Positions 30,436-39,696 are shown, counted from the first letter of the stretch. The stretch: 64,000 nt of DNA from Terriglobia bacterium (GCA_041480265.1 JBGOZP010000009.1:20952-84951); one strand, 5' to 3'. Notes: generated by a model not told the origin, from the letters alone. Made by a program: numbers and translations.

Positions 30436-31665
30436 ATGGCTATTAAACTACCGATTTACATGGATTATCACGCCACCACCCCGGTGGATCCGCGCGTGGT
30501 CGAGGCGATGCTGCCGTACTTTCACGAGAAATTCGGCAATGCCGCCAGCCGCAACCACTCGTTCGGCTGGACGGCCGAGGAAGCGGTCGAAAACGCGCGC
30601 GCCCAGATCGCCCGGCTGATCAACGCGACGCCGAAAGAGATTATCTTCACCAGCGGCGCTACCGAGTCGAACAACCTGGCTCTCAAGGGCGCCGCGGAAA
30701 TGTACCGCGAGAAGGGCAACCACATCATCACGCAGGTGATCGAGCACAAGGCGGTGCTCGATACCTGTAAGCGTCTGGAGAAGTACGGGTACGAAGTCAC
30801 GTATTTGCCCGTTGCCAAGGATGGCCGCATTGATCTCGACGACCTGCGGCGCGCTATCACCTCCAAGACGATCCTCATCTCCATCATGTACGCGAACAAC
30901 GAGATTGGCGTGATTCAGCCGATCCAGGAAATCGGCAAGATTGCCAAGGAAAAGGGCATCTTGTTCCATACCGACGGCGTGCAGGCGCTGGGGAAGATTC
31001 CGGTGGACGTGCAGCGCGACAACATTGACATGATCTCGCTGACCGCGCACAAGCTCTACGGCCCGAAGGGCGTCGGCGCTCTTTATGTGCGGCGGCGCAA
31101 TCCGCGCGTCCAGCTTTCGGCCCAGATTGACGGCGGCGGACACGAGCGCGGGATGCGCTCAGGCACGCTCAACGTGCCGGGAATCGTCGGCTTTGGCAAG
31201 GCGGCTGAGCTTTGCCAGAACGAAATGGCCGAGGAAAGCGTTCGCTTGAGCGGAATGCGCGACCGGCTGAAGGATGGCCTGTTCGCCAAGCTTGACGAGC
31301 TCTACATCAATGGCTCGATGACGCACCGGCTGCCCCACAACATCAACATCAGCTTCGCGTTCGTCGAAGGCGAATCGCTGCTGATGGGGATCAACGACGT
31401 CGCCGTATCCAGCGGCTCGGCGTGCACCTCGGCAACACTCGAACCAAGCTATGTGTTGAAGGCGCTGGGAGTTGGCGAAGACCTGGCGCACACCTCGATC
31501 CGCTTCGGCCTGGGCCGTTTTAACACCCTGGAGGAAGTGGATTACGTCACCAACCGCGTTGTCGAAGTCGTGCAGCGGCTGCGCGAGCTGTCGCCGCTCT
31601 ATGAAATGGCCAAGGAAGGCGTCGATCTCAGCAAAATGAATTGGAAGGCGGTAGGAGAGCACTAG
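30436..31665 (+). CDS. iscS: cysteine desulfurase
   Basis: [21 protein letters not shown]..., [12 protein letters not shown] (PLP Lys), SSGSACTS (active Cys). Start at in-frame ATG 30436. Confidence 0.9.
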   Translation: MAIKLPIYMDYHATTPVDPRVVEAMLPYFHEKFGNAASRNHSFGWTAEEAVENARAQIARLINATPKEIIFTSGATESNNLALKGAAEMYREKGNHIITQVIEHKAVLDTCKRLEKYGYEVTYLPVAKDGRIDLDDLRRAITSKTILISIMYANNEIGVIQPIQEIGKIAKEKGILFHTDGVQALGKIPVDVQRDNIDMISLTAHKLYGPKGVGALYVRRRNPRVQLSAQIDGGGHERGMRSGTLNVPGIVGFGKAAELCQNEMAEESVRLSGMRDRLKDGLFAKLDELYINGSMTHRLPHNINISFAFVEGESLLMGINDVAVSSGSACTSATLEPSYVLKALGVGEDLAHTSIRFGLGRFNTLEEVDYVTNRVVEVVQRLRELSPLYEMAKEGVDLSKMNWKAVGEH

Positions 31666-31670
31666 GACCG

Positions 31671-31759
31671 GGTGCGGGCTCTACTTGGAGCCCGCCAGAA
31701 TGGGGTGCGGGCTCTACTTTTACGCTGAACGTTTCAAGTGAAGCGTGGAGCCCGCCAGC
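31671..31759. repeat. REP-like pair: short form (31671-31700) + long form (31704-31759)
   Basis: ggtgcgggctctacttggagcccgccagaa followed by ggtgcgggctctacttttacgctgaacgtttcaagtgaagcgtggagcccgccagca. Confidence 0.8.
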
Positions 31760-31798
31760 ATATGAATTTATTCTTTAGAATTTCGAAGGGGGAATGAA

Positions 31799-32218
31799 AT
31801 GGCGTATTCCGATAAGGTAGTTGACCACTACGAACATCCGCGTAACGTCGGCAGTCTGCCCAAAGACGATCCGAATGTGGGCACGGGCCTGGTGGGCGCG
31901 CCCGAATGCGGCGACGTAATGCGGCTGCAGATGAAGATCAATCCCGAAACGCAGGTCATCGAAGAGGCGAAGTTCAAGACCTTCGGCTGCGGCTCGGCGA
32001 TTGCCAGCTCCTCGCTTGCGACCGAGTGGGTCAAGGGCAAGACGGTCGAGCAGGCGCTGGCCATCTCGAATACGGACATCGTGCGCGAGTTGAGCCTTCC
32101 GCCAGTGAAAATTCACTGCTCGGTGCTGGCCGAAGACGCCATCAAGGCTGCGATCGGGGATTGGAAGAAGAAGAAGGAAGCCGCCACACCCGCGGCAACC
32201 GCGACTGCCGGCGACTAG
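31799..32218 (+). CDS. iscU: Fe-S cluster scaffold protein
   Basis: YSDKVVDHYEHPRNVG...GAPECGDVMRLQ...FGCGSAIASSS...LPPVKIHCS. Confidence 0.9.
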   Translation: MAYSDKVVDHYEHPRNVGSLPKDDPNVGTGLVGAPECGDVMRLQMKINPETQVIEEAKFKTFGCGSAIASSSLATEWVKGKTVEQALAISNTDIVRELSLPPVKIHCSVLAEDAIKAAIGDWKKKKEAATPAATATAGD

Positions 32219-32332
32219 CCGCGCGGACGTTCTCGGCCCCTGATCTGCCCTGGATCTGCGATGAATCCGAGCAGTGTGGAAGGGCCGAGGTTGGATATTT
32301 CACATCCCTTTTGCGCTGCTCGTAGCGCTCGA

Positions 32333-32396
32333 GGGTGCGGGCTCTATTTGGAGCCTGCCAGAAAAGGGTGCGGGCTCTACTTGGAGCCCGCCAGAA
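32333..32396. repeat. two tandem short REP-like hairpins
   Basis: gggtgcgggctctatttggagcctgccagaa and gggtgcgggctctacttggagcccgccagaa. Confidence 0.8.
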
Positions 32397-32421
32397 TGAT
32401 GAGGTTCTCTTGGAAACTGTA

Positions 32422-32751
32422 ATGATTCACGTAACGGAGAAAGCGGCTACCAAAATTCAGGAGCTGCTCGCCAAGGAGGGCGTGCCCTCGGTAACCGGCG
32501 GGTTGCGCGTGGGCGTGCAGGGGGGCGGCTGTTCGGGGCTGACGTACGCGATGCGTCTGGAGACGCAGGCGCGGGACCGCGACAAAGTCGTCGAAGAAAA
32601 TGGCGCTCGCTTGTTTGTGGACCCGAAGAGCTATCTCTACCTCCGCGAAACCACGCTGGACTATCAGGAAGATCTGATGCGGCGCGGGTTCGTGTTCCAG
32701 AATCCGCAGGCGACCCGAAGTTGCGGGTGCGGCAGTTCGTTCACGGCATAA
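32422..32751 (+). CDS. iscA: A-type Fe-S carrier
   Basis: MIHVTEKAATKIQELL...GGCSGLTY...CGCGSSF. Start at in-frame ATG 32422; the upstream ORF part is repeat DNA. Confidence 0.85.
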   Translation: MIHVTEKAATKIQELLAKEGVPSVTGGLRVGVQGGGCSGLTYAMRLETQARDRDKVVEENGARLFVDPKSYLYLRETTLDYQEDLMRRGFVFQNPQATRSCGCGSSFTA

Positions 32752-32773
32752 CGCGGGCTTACTCTCAGGGGAC

Positions 32774-32839
32774 GGTGCGGGCGCTTCATCTCGCAACGAG
32801 AGGAACGTTTGGTTGGCCGGGATGGAGAGCCCGCCAGCC
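32774..32839. repeat. REP-like long variant
   Basis: ggtgcgggcgcttcatctcgcaacgagaggaacgtttggttggccgggatggagagcccgccagcc has the same outer stem and tail with a different inner module. Confidence 0.55.
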
Positions 32840-32909
32840 ATTTTTTTTGTCCCGTGAGACTGGTAAGTTCCATCAAAGAAGGCGGGAATTTGGTCCTCGG
32901 ACCTGAATT

Positions 32910-33620
32910 TTGACCATGAGCGCACCATCCATGACTACGGCGACATCGGGGACGTGCGGGAGTTGCTCCACGTCGACCGGCGGGGCGCATTTTTGCCCTG
33001 CCTGCGGAAAGATTCAGCCGCTGCCGCCTGGCGCCGATTACTTCGCATTTTTCGGCCTGCCGCGGAAGCTCGCGCTCGACCTGGCCGATCTGGAGCGGCG
33101 ATTTCACTCGCTTTCCTGGAAGCTGCATCCCGACAATTTTATGCGCGCCTCGGAGGACGAGCGGCAGCTTTCTTTGGACCGCTCCTCGCAATTGAACGAT
33201 GCGTACCGCACGCTCCGCGATCCCGTCGCGCGCGTCGAATATCTGCTGGGTCTTGCCGGCCTGCGCAAGGAAGGTCAGAAAAAGCAGCAGGCGCCGCCCG
33301 AATTGCTCGAGGAAGTCTTCGAGTTGAACGAATCGCTCGACGAACTGCGCGAGACGAAACAATCTGGCGGAAGCGCATCGGAAATGGCCGGCCTGCGGAC
33401 GAAGCTCGAAGCCGCGCAGCACAAATTTGAATCCTCGCTCGCGGACGTGGACCAGGAACTCGCGCGCGTTTCAGCCGAATGGGACCGCGCGCTCGATTCG
33501 GGCGCCGACGACGCGGCAAAAAAGAAAATCATGGAACGGATGAACGAGATTCTGAATCGCCGCTCCTATATCAGGAACCTGGTGAACGGCGTACGCCAGG
33601 AGTTGGTGACTGGTGACTAG
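32910..33620 (+). CDS. hscB: Fe-S co-chaperone HscB with N-terminal CxxC...CxxC extension
   Basis: J-domain (YFAFFGLPRKLALDLADLERRFHSLSWKLHPDNF) plus a helical C-domain. N-terminal CGSC-x9-CPAC. Confidence 0.8.
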   Translation: MTMSAPSMTTATSGTCGSCSTSTGGAHFCPACGKIQPLPPGADYFAFFGLPRKLALDLADLERRFHSLSWKLHPDNFMRASEDERQLSLDRSSQLNDAYRTLRDPVARVEYLLGLAGLRKEGQKKQQAPPELLEEVFELNESLDELRETKQSGGSASEMAGLRTKLEAAQHKFESSLADVDQELARVSAEWDRALDSGADDAAKKKIMERMNEILNRRSYIRNLVNGVRQELVTGD

Positions 33621-33761
33621 TGACCGGTGACTAGTGATTCGTAATTCGTGGAACTTGTAGAGAGGATGCCACGAATCACTCCCATCATTGAGCTAAGGCC
33701 CAGGGTGGGTGAATCACCAGTCACCAGTCACCGGTCACTAGTCACCGGGTACCAGTCACAC
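33603..33761. repeat. GTGACY heptad-arm composite inverted repeat
   Basis: Left arm ggtgact ggtgact agtgacc ggtgact agtgatt. Right arm gaatcac cagtcac cagtcac cggtcac tagtcac. Inner 8-bp hairpin attcgtgg/ccacgaat. Confidence 0.75.
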
Positions 33762-33783
33762 TCTCAGGAGGAAACAGCATCGC

Positions 33784-35631
33784 ATGGCCCGCACCGTCGG
33801 CATTGATCTTGGCACCACCTACAGCCTGATCGCTTACCAGGACAAGCGGGAAGGCCGGCCGAAGTGTATCCCTGGCCCATACGGCACGCCGCTGTGTCCT
33901 TCGGTCGTCAGCGTGGACGCGGACGGCTCGATCATCGCCGGAGAACCCGCGCGGCGCCGCTTGCTGACTCAGCCGGAGCGCACCATCTATTCGGTGAAGC
34001 GCCTGATGGGGCGCGGCCCGGCCGACGTGCGGGACGAGTTGAAGCTTTTCCCGTTCCGCATTGATCCGGCCAGTTCGAATGTGATCCGCGTGCGTCTGGG
34101 CGACCGCGTATTCACGCCGCCGGAAATTTCCGCATTCATCCTGCGCGAGTTGAAGAGCTGGGCCGATGAATATTTTCAGGATGTGGTGGACCGCGCCGTA
34201 ATCACCGTGCCGGCTTACTTCAACGACGCGCAGCGCCAGGCCACGCGCGACGCGGGACGCCTGGCGGGCCTCGAAGTTCTGCGCCTCGTGAATGAACCGA
34301 CCGCGGCGGCGCTGGCCTACGGCCTGCACGAGAAAAAGCGCGGCCGCGTCGCGGTATACGATTTTGGCGGCGGCACGTTCGACATTTCCACTCTCAAGCT
34401 GATCTCGACCACCGACGGCGATATTTACCAGGTGCTTTCGACCAACGGCGACACGCATCTGGGCGGCGACGACATTGACAACATGCTGCAGAGCGTAGCC
34501 CGCGCGGAGATTCGCGCGCAGGGAGTGGATCTTGCGGATCAGCCGGAAGCCGTGCAGGAATTGCGCAAAGCGCTGATTGCCGCCAAGCATGAACTTTCCG
34601 AGGCGGACAGGACAACCGTCAAATTCCCGCTGCCCGATGGCGGCGTGTATTTCCGCGAAATCACACGCGCTGAATACGACCGTTGGATTCGCCCCATCGT
34701 GGACCGCACCATGGCTCCTGTGCGGCAGGCGCTGGCGGACGCGAAACTCGCGCCCGCGGAGATCGAAGAAGTGGTGTTGGTCGGCGGCTCGACGCGCGTG
34801 CCGCTAGTGCGGCGCACAGTCGAAGAATTTTTCGGGCGCGCTCCGCACACCGAGCTCAATCCCGACGAAGTCGTGGCGCTGGGCGCGGCCGTGCAGGCCG
34901 ATATTCTCGAAGGCGGCGTGAAAGACATGCTGCTGCTCGACGTCACGCCATTGTCGCTCGGCATCGAAACCATGGGCGGCGTGGTGTCAAAAATCATTCC
35001 GCGGAATTCGACGATTCCCGCGAGCGCGCAAGACATGTTCACGACCGGCGTGGATAACCAGACGGGAATCGATATTCACGTGCTCCAGGGCGAGCGCGAA
35101 CTGGCGAAGGATTGCCGGTCGCTCGCGCGATTCCAGTTGAAAGTTCCGCCTGGCCCCGCCGGCCTTGCGCGCATCGAAGTGAAGTATTTGATCGACGCCA
35201 GCGGCATCCTCCAGGTTTCCGCGCGCGACCTGCGCACCGGGGAGCAGCATTCGATCGAAGTCCAGCCGAGCTATGGCCTCGACGACGCCGAAGTCGAGCG
35301 GATTCTCGAGGAGTCCATCGAATACGCCGAGCAGGATTTTTCACAGCGGCAGTTGATCGAGGCGCGCAACGAAGCCGAAATCGTGCTCCACGCGACGGAA
35401 AAAGCGCTCGCGCGCGAACACGCCGAAGCGCTCGGCGAACTCCCGGCCGGGGAGCGTCGCGCGATCGAGGGCGCAATCGCAGCGCTGCGCGAAGCCCTCG
35501 CGACTGGCGATTATAAGCAAATCCGCGCGTTTGTGGATGTGCTGAACCAGGCCACCATGCCACTGGCCGAACGCATGATGAACCGCGCGCTGGCCACAGC
35601 GTTCGAAGGCAAGCAGCTGGACGAAGTGTAG
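33784..35631 (+). CDS. hscA: Fe-S chaperone Hsp70 HscA
   Basis: [17 protein letters not shown]..., [30 protein letters not shown]. Confidence 0.9.
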   Translation: MARTVGIDLGTTYSLIAYQDKREGRPKCIPGPYGTPLCPSVVSVDADGSIIAGEPARRRLLTQPERTIYSVKRLMGRGPADVRDELKLFPFRIDPASSNVIRVRLGDRVFTPPEISAFILRELKSWADEYFQDVVDRAVITVPAYFNDAQRQATRDAGRLAGLEVLRLVNEPTAAALAYGLHEKKRGRVAVYDFGGGTFDISTLKLISTTDGDIYQVLSTNGDTHLGGDDIDNMLQSVARAEIRAQGVDLADQPEAVQELRKALIAAKHELSEADRTTVKFPLPDGGVYFREITRAEYDRWIRPIVDRTMAPVRQALADAKLAPAEIEEVVLVGGSTRVPLVRRTVEEFFGRAPHTELNPDEVVALGAAVQADILEGGVKDMLLLDVTPLSLGIETMGGVVSKIIPRNSTIPASAQDMFTTGVDNQTGIDIHVLQGERELAKDCRSLARFQLKVPPGPAGLARIEVKYLIDASGILQVSARDLRTGEQHSIEVQPSYGLDDAEVERILEESIEYAEQDFSQRQLIEARNEAEIVLHATEKALAREHAEALGELPAGERRAIEGAIAALREALATGDYKQIRAFVDVLNQATMPLAERMMNRALATAFEGKQLDEV

Positions 35632-35703
35632 CGCCCGTCCCGCATGCGGGACGGGCATGTGCTTGAGTCTACAGTGCCAGCCTGAAGGCCGGCGCTACAA
35701 AAG
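35627..35703. repeat. TGTAGCGCC-type structured element, complete copy
   Basis: tgtagcgcc-cgtcccgcatgcgggacg-ggcatgtgcttgagtctacagtgcc-agcctgaaggccgg-cgctacaaaag. Termini TGTAGCGCC / GGCGCTACA are inverted. Confidence 0.7.
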
Positions 35704-35778
35704 CGTTTCACGCACGAGTTGGCACACAACCTCTGAATCTGTGCCACATAGGATCGAGCGGTTGAGAAGGAGAAAACA

Positions 35779-36189
35779 ATGGGCGGCAGCAATCCTTACA
35801 TTGAACAGGTCAAGTACACGCCCGCGACGAAGAAATTCAAAGTGACGTTTGTCCGAGAAGGCAAGAGCGTCGAGGTGGACCCTGGAAAAGTTCCCTATGC
35901 GCGTGAGGGCCTGCCCGGAAGCATCCTGGATATCGCCACGGGATTTCAGATGGGACTCGACCACGCCTGCGGAGGGGTCTGCGCGTGCTCCACGTGCCAT
36001 GTCATCGTGCACGAAGGGCTCGAGTCCTGCAACGAACCCACCGACGCCGAACTCGATCAACTCGACGAAGCCCCGGGCCTGACGGCAAAGTCGCGCCTCG
36101 GCTGCCAGTGCGTGCCCGACGGCACGCGCGACATGGTTATCGAGATTCCCGAATGGAACAAGAACTTCGCCAAGGAAGCGGAGCACTAG
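35779..36189 (+). CDS. fdx: [2Fe-2S] ferredoxin, adrenodoxin/ISC type
   Basis: HACGGVCACSTCHVIV...SRLGCQ Cys ligand pattern; isc operon context. Confidence 0.85.
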   Translation: MGGSNPYIEQVKYTPATKKFKVTFVREGKSVEVDPGKVPYAREGLPGSILDIATGFQMGLDHACGGVCACSTCHVIVHEGLESCNEPTDAELDQLDEAPGLTAKSRLGCQCVPDGTRDMVIEIPEWNKNFAKEAEH

Positions 36190-36218
36190 ATCGCGCCCTC
36201 TGGGCCGAGGAGAAACCC

Positions 36219-36437
36219 ATGCCGGCCACGTTTGACTGGAACGAAACGGAAGAGATCGGCATCCAGCTCGCCGACAAGTTTCCGGATACGGATCCGCTGT
36301 CGGTGCGCTTCACCGACCTGCACAAATGGGTCACGGAACTGGCCGGGTTTATGGGCGATCCAAAATTATCGAACGAGGGCAAACTCGAAGCGATCCAGAT
36401 GGCCTGGCTCGAGGAGCGGAACGACAGAAAGGCGTGA
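36219..36437 (+). CDS. iscX: Fe-S assembly protein IscX
   Basis: In-frame ATG 36219. MPATFDWNETEEIGIQLADKFPDTDPLSVRFTDLHKWV, 72 aa, acidic; follows fdx. Confidence 0.75.
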   Translation: MPATFDWNETEEIGIQLADKFPDTDPLSVRFTDLHKWVTELAGFMGDPKLSNEGKLEAIQMAWLEERNDRKA

Positions 36438-36471
36438 CTGGCTTGCCCTGAGCCCGCAGCGGCGGGCGAAG

Positions 36472-36499
36472 GGTGACTAGTCACTAGTGACTGGTGAAC
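36472..36499. repeat. GTGACY heptad units forming overlapping palindromes
   Basis: ggtgact agtcact agtgact ggtgaac. gtgactagtcac and agtcactagtgact are perfect palindromes. Confidence 0.65.
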
Positions 36500-36524
36500 A
36501 CCATTCTCCGGTCGCCGATGGTTA

Positions 36525-36559
36525 CTCTCAACTCTCAACTGTCGACTCTCGACTGTCTT
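36525..36559. repeat. five direct 7-nt repeats CTCTCAA/CTGTCGA type
   Basis: ctctcaa ctctcaa ctgtcga ctctcga ctgtctt. Confidence 0.7.
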
Positions 36560-36576
36560 CCCGCGCCCGGTTGGCG

Positions 36577-36605
36577 TTGACGAAAGCGAAACTGACCCCT
36601 ATAAT
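36577..36605 (+). promoter_or_regulatory. sigma70-type promoter of rplU-rpmA
   Basis: TTGACG (36577-36582), 17-nt spacer, TATAAT (36600-36605), 30 nt upstream of the rplU ATG. Confidence 0.5.
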
Positions 36606-36635
36606 AGGTGTTTCCAATCTGCATCTGGAGGGGCG

Positions 36636-36947
36636 ATGTACGCCGTCATTCGAAGTGGCAGCAAACAGTATCGTGTGGCACCGGGCGACACCGTGAAGGT
36701 CGAAACGCTTCCCGGCAAGGTGGGCGGGAAGATCACGTTTGAAGACGTGTTGGCCGTGGGCACCGACGAGAAGAAGCTTGTGACCGGACCCGACGCCGCG
36801 AAAGCGAAAGTTGTGGGCAAGATCATCGAGCAGGGGCGCCATCCGAAAATCACGGTCCTCAAATTCAAGACGACGAACCAGTACAAGATCTGCCGCGGTC
36901 ACCGGCAAAACTACACGGCCGTCGAAGTCAGCGGCATCGAGCTGTAA
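36636..36947 (+). CDS. rplU: 50S ribosomal protein L21
   Basis: MYAVIRSGSKQYRVAPGDTVKVE... Confidence 0.95.
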   Translation: MYAVIRSGSKQYRVAPGDTVKVETLPGKVGGKITFEDVLAVGTDEKKLVTGPDAAKAKVVGKIIEQGRHPKITVLKFKTTNQYKICRGHRQNYTAVEVSGIEL

Positions 36948-36968
36948 CAAGCTCCAAAGGAAGATTTT

Positions 36969-37265
36969 ATGGCACATAAGAAGGGCGGCGGCTCCTCCGT
37001 AAATGGCCGCGATTCTCATGGACAACGGCTGGGCGTGAAGCGCTTCGGTGGACAGGTGGTCCATGCGGGCACGATCCTGATCCGCCAGCGCGGCACGCGT
37101 CACAAGCCCGGCGTGAATGTGGCCCGGGGCAAAGACGATACGCTGTTCGCGCTCATCAATGGCGTCGTGCTATTTCAAGACAAGGGCCAGGACGGCCGCT
37201 ACATCAGCGTCCTGCCGCCAGAGCAGGCGGCAACGGCAAAGCCCGAGCCTCCGCCAGCCGATTAA
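36969..37265 (+). CDS. rpmA: 50S ribosomal protein L27
   Basis: [29 protein letters not shown]... Confidence 0.95.
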   Translation: MAHKKGGGSSVNGRDSHGQRLGVKRFGGQVVHAGTILIRQRGTRHKPGVNVARGKDDTLFALINGVVLFQDKGQDGRYISVLPPEQAATAKPEPPPAD

Positions 37266-37289
37266 TCGGGTTTCGAATTCGCATTCGAA

Positions 37290-37326
37290 GGCGTCCCGAC
37301 CCGGTCGGGACGCCTTTTTATTTTTA
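37290..37326 (+). terminator. rho-independent terminator after rpmA
   Basis: 11-bp GC-rich stem ggcgtcccgac/gtcgggacgcc, 3-nt loop, then tttttattttt. Confidence 0.7.
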
Positions 37327-37460
37327 CCCTGAATCCCGAGAATCGGGACGAAGGGTTTGCCCTCAGACCGCCACGGCGGATGAAGGGTTTATCCTAAGCA
37401 CAAGCCGTGCAAATCGGCCCGGCAATGTCGTATTCTTGATTTTGCGGAAATGGAACTCAC

Positions 37461-38579
37461 GTGTTTGTTGACGAAGCCAAAATCTACATAAAGGCCGGCG
37501 ATGGCGGGAACGGCTGCGTCGCATTTCGCCGCGAGAAATTCGTGCCGCGCGGAGGACCCTCGGGTGGCGATGGCGGCCATGGGGGCAGCATTTATCTCGA
37601 AGCGAATCCGCACGACAACACGCTGCTGCGCTACCGCTTCAACCGTGAATTCAAGGCCGACCGCGGCCGCCACGGCGAAGGTTCGAACTGCTCCGGGCGT
37701 GCCGGCGAAGACATGGTCCTGCTGGTGCCGGTGGGCACCGTCGTTACCGATCAAGACTCCGGCGAACAGCTTGCCGATTTGACCAAATCGGGCCAGCGCG
37801 TTTTGGTCGCGCAGGGCGGGCGCGGCGGGCGCGGCAATCAGCATTTCGCCAAGCCGTGGCATCAGGCGCCGCGCGAATCCGAAGAGGGCGTACCGGGCCA
37901 GGAGCGCCACCTGCACTTTGAGTTGAAGCTGCTGGCCGATGTGGGTTTGGTCGGATTCCCGAACGCGGGCAAGTCCACGCTCATCTCGCGCATTTCCGCG
38001 GCGCACCCGAAAATCGCCGACTATCCGTTCACGACGCTGGAGCCGGGGCTCGGCGTGGTTTCCGCCGACGGCGCGCCGGGAAAATCCATGGGCCGCGCGT
38101 TTGTGGTCGCCGATCTGCCCGGGCTGATCGAAGGAGCGCACACGGGTGTGGGGCTAGGCATCCGTTTCCTGCGTCACGTCGAACGCACGCGTTTGCTCGC
38201 GCATCTGATCGATACCAGTGACGCCTCCGACCGCGACCCGGTTCACGATTTCGAAATCATTTCCGGGGAACTTGCGGCCTTCAGCGAGAAACTCGCCGCC
38301 AAGCCCATGATCGTCGTGGCCACGAAGCTCGACGCAACCACCGACCGCGCACGTCTTGAAAAGCTGCGCGACTTCTGCGCCGCGCACGGACTCGAGTTCC
38401 ATTCGATCTCGGCTGCTTCCGGAGCAGGCATTCCGCAACTGGTGCGGGCAATGGCCGACGCGCTCGATCGTCTGGCGCCCCGGGAACCGCTGCTGGACCT
38501 CGCGAACGATGAGGCGAATGGCGCGGAACCCGGCGTTTCCGCGCCTCAAACAGCGGATTCTCGAACGGAGGATCGTTGA
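37461..38579 (+). CDS. obg: GTPase Obg
   Basis: [39 protein letters not shown]..., [10 protein letters not shown]1 motif. GTG start. Confidence 0.95.
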   Translation: MFVDEAKIYIKAGDGGNGCVAFRREKFVPRGGPSGGDGGHGGSIYLEANPHDNTLLRYRFNREFKADRGRHGEGSNCSGRAGEDMVLLVPVGTVVTDQDSGEQLADLTKSGQRVLVAQGGRGGRGNQHFAKPWHQAPRESEEGVPGQERHLHFELKLLADVGLVGFPNAGKSTLISRISAAHPKIADYPFTTLEPGLGVVSADGAPGKSMGRAFVVADLPGLIEGAHTGVGLGIRFLRHVERTRLLAHLIDTSDASDRDPVHDFEIISGELAAFSEKLAAKPMIVVATKLDATTDRARLEKLRDFCAAHGLEFHSISAASGAGIPQLVRAMADALDRLAPREPLLDLANDEANGAEPGVSAPQTADSRTEDR

Positions 38580-39295
38580 GCGTCGCCCCGCCGCACGGCC
38601 ACGGCGCTTCCCGGGGGCAGGCGCGCGAGCGCCGCATCGCGCTTTTTGGCGGCACTTTTGATCCCATTCACATCGGCCACCTGGCCGTCGCGCGGGCCGC
38701 GGAGCGCCGCTTCCATCTCGATGAGATCCACTTCATCCCGACGGGCCGCCCGCCGCACAAACATCGCCGCGACATGGTGTCCTACGCGGACCGCTACGCG
38801 ATGGTGGCGCTGGCCTGCGCGGATCACCCGCGATTCCTCGCATCGCTTGCCGAGTCCGGCGCCGGGCATTCCGGCCGCGAGGTGTTTTACTCGGTGGAAA
38901 CCGTGCGGCATTTCAAGGAGAAGTTTCACGGCACGGACACGCATCTTTATTTTTTGTTGGGCGCGGACTCGTTTCTGCACATCCCGACATGGAAAGATTA
39001 CGAAACGCTGCTGGCCCTGTGCGATTTCATTGTGGCCAGCCGCCCTGGCTTCCGGATGGAGGCGCTGCGGCTGGTGATACCCCCGGAACTACTCGCGCGG
39101 CCTGGCTCGGCGCATGCGCCGCTCGATCCGCGCGCCATCGCCCTGCGCCGCACATCCATCTACATTCTCGACACGGTCGCGAGCCACGTTTCCGCCACCC
39201 AAGTGCGCGAACGTCTGGACCGCAACGAGTCCATCCACGGGCTTGTGCCACCGCGCGTGGAGGAATACATTACGAAACAGGCTCTTTACCGGTGA
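38576..39295 (+). CDS. nadD: nicotinate-nucleotide adenylyltransferase
   Basis: [16 protein letters not shown]. 4-nt overlap with the obg stop; the exact start is uncertain. Confidence 0.85.
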   Translation: MSVAPPHGHGASRGQARERRIALFGGTFDPIHIGHLAVARAAERRFHLDEIHFIPTGRPPHKHRRDMVSYADRYAMVALACADHPRFLASLAESGAGHSGREVFYSVETVRHFKEKFHGTDTHLYFLLGADSFLHIPTWKDYETLLALCDFIVASRPGFRMEALRLVIPPELLARPGSAHAPLDPRAIALRRTSIYILDTVASHVSATQVRERLDRNESIHGLVPPRVEEYITKQALYR

Positions 39296-39696
39296 CCGCA
39301 AAAAAAGATTCGCTGCAACCCGGACTCCGCGCGGCCATCGCCGCGGCGCAGGAAAAACAAGCGGCGGAAATCACGCTGCTTGATTTTCAGGGGCTTGGCG
39401 CGTTTACCGACGGGTTTCTGCTTTGCACCGGCTTCAGCGCCCGGCAGGTGGACGCGATCTGTGACGAGATCGAACAGCAGCTCGCGCGGATCGGGGTCCA
39501 CCTGAGGCACCGCGAAGGCACGGCCGGCTCCGAATGGATGCTGCTCGATTTCGGCCGCTTCATCGTGCATGTTTTTACCGAACAAGCGCGCCATTATTAC
39601 GACCTCGAGCGCCTCTGGCGCGCCGCGCGCCGTACTGACTTTACCGAACCTGGCGCAATGGGCTCCGCGCCCGGCGCCGCGGAGGCTGAGGGATGA
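39292..39696 (+). CDS. rsfS: ribosome silencing factor
   Basis: AAEITLLDFQGLGAFTDGFLLCTGFSARQVDAICDEI...WMLLDFGRFIVHVFTEQARHYYDLERLW. GTG 39292 overlaps the nadD stop. Confidence 0.8.
   Translation: MTAKKDSLQPGLRAAIAAAQEKQAAEITLLDFQGLGAFTDGFLLCTGFSARQVDAICDEIEQQLARIGVHLRHREGTAGSEWMLLDFGRFIVHVFTEQARHYYDLERLWRAARRTDFTEPGAMGSAPGAAEAEG

Noticed and set aside
35627-35703. Whether the roughly 75-nt TGTAGCGCC elements are tRNA or tRNA-like genes (closing stem plus three internal hairpins).
   Set aside because: There is no GTTCRANYC T-loop and no D-loop GG in the proper place. The stem and loop lengths do not fit a cloverleaf, and the terminal stem is 9 bp with no discriminator-CCA context.
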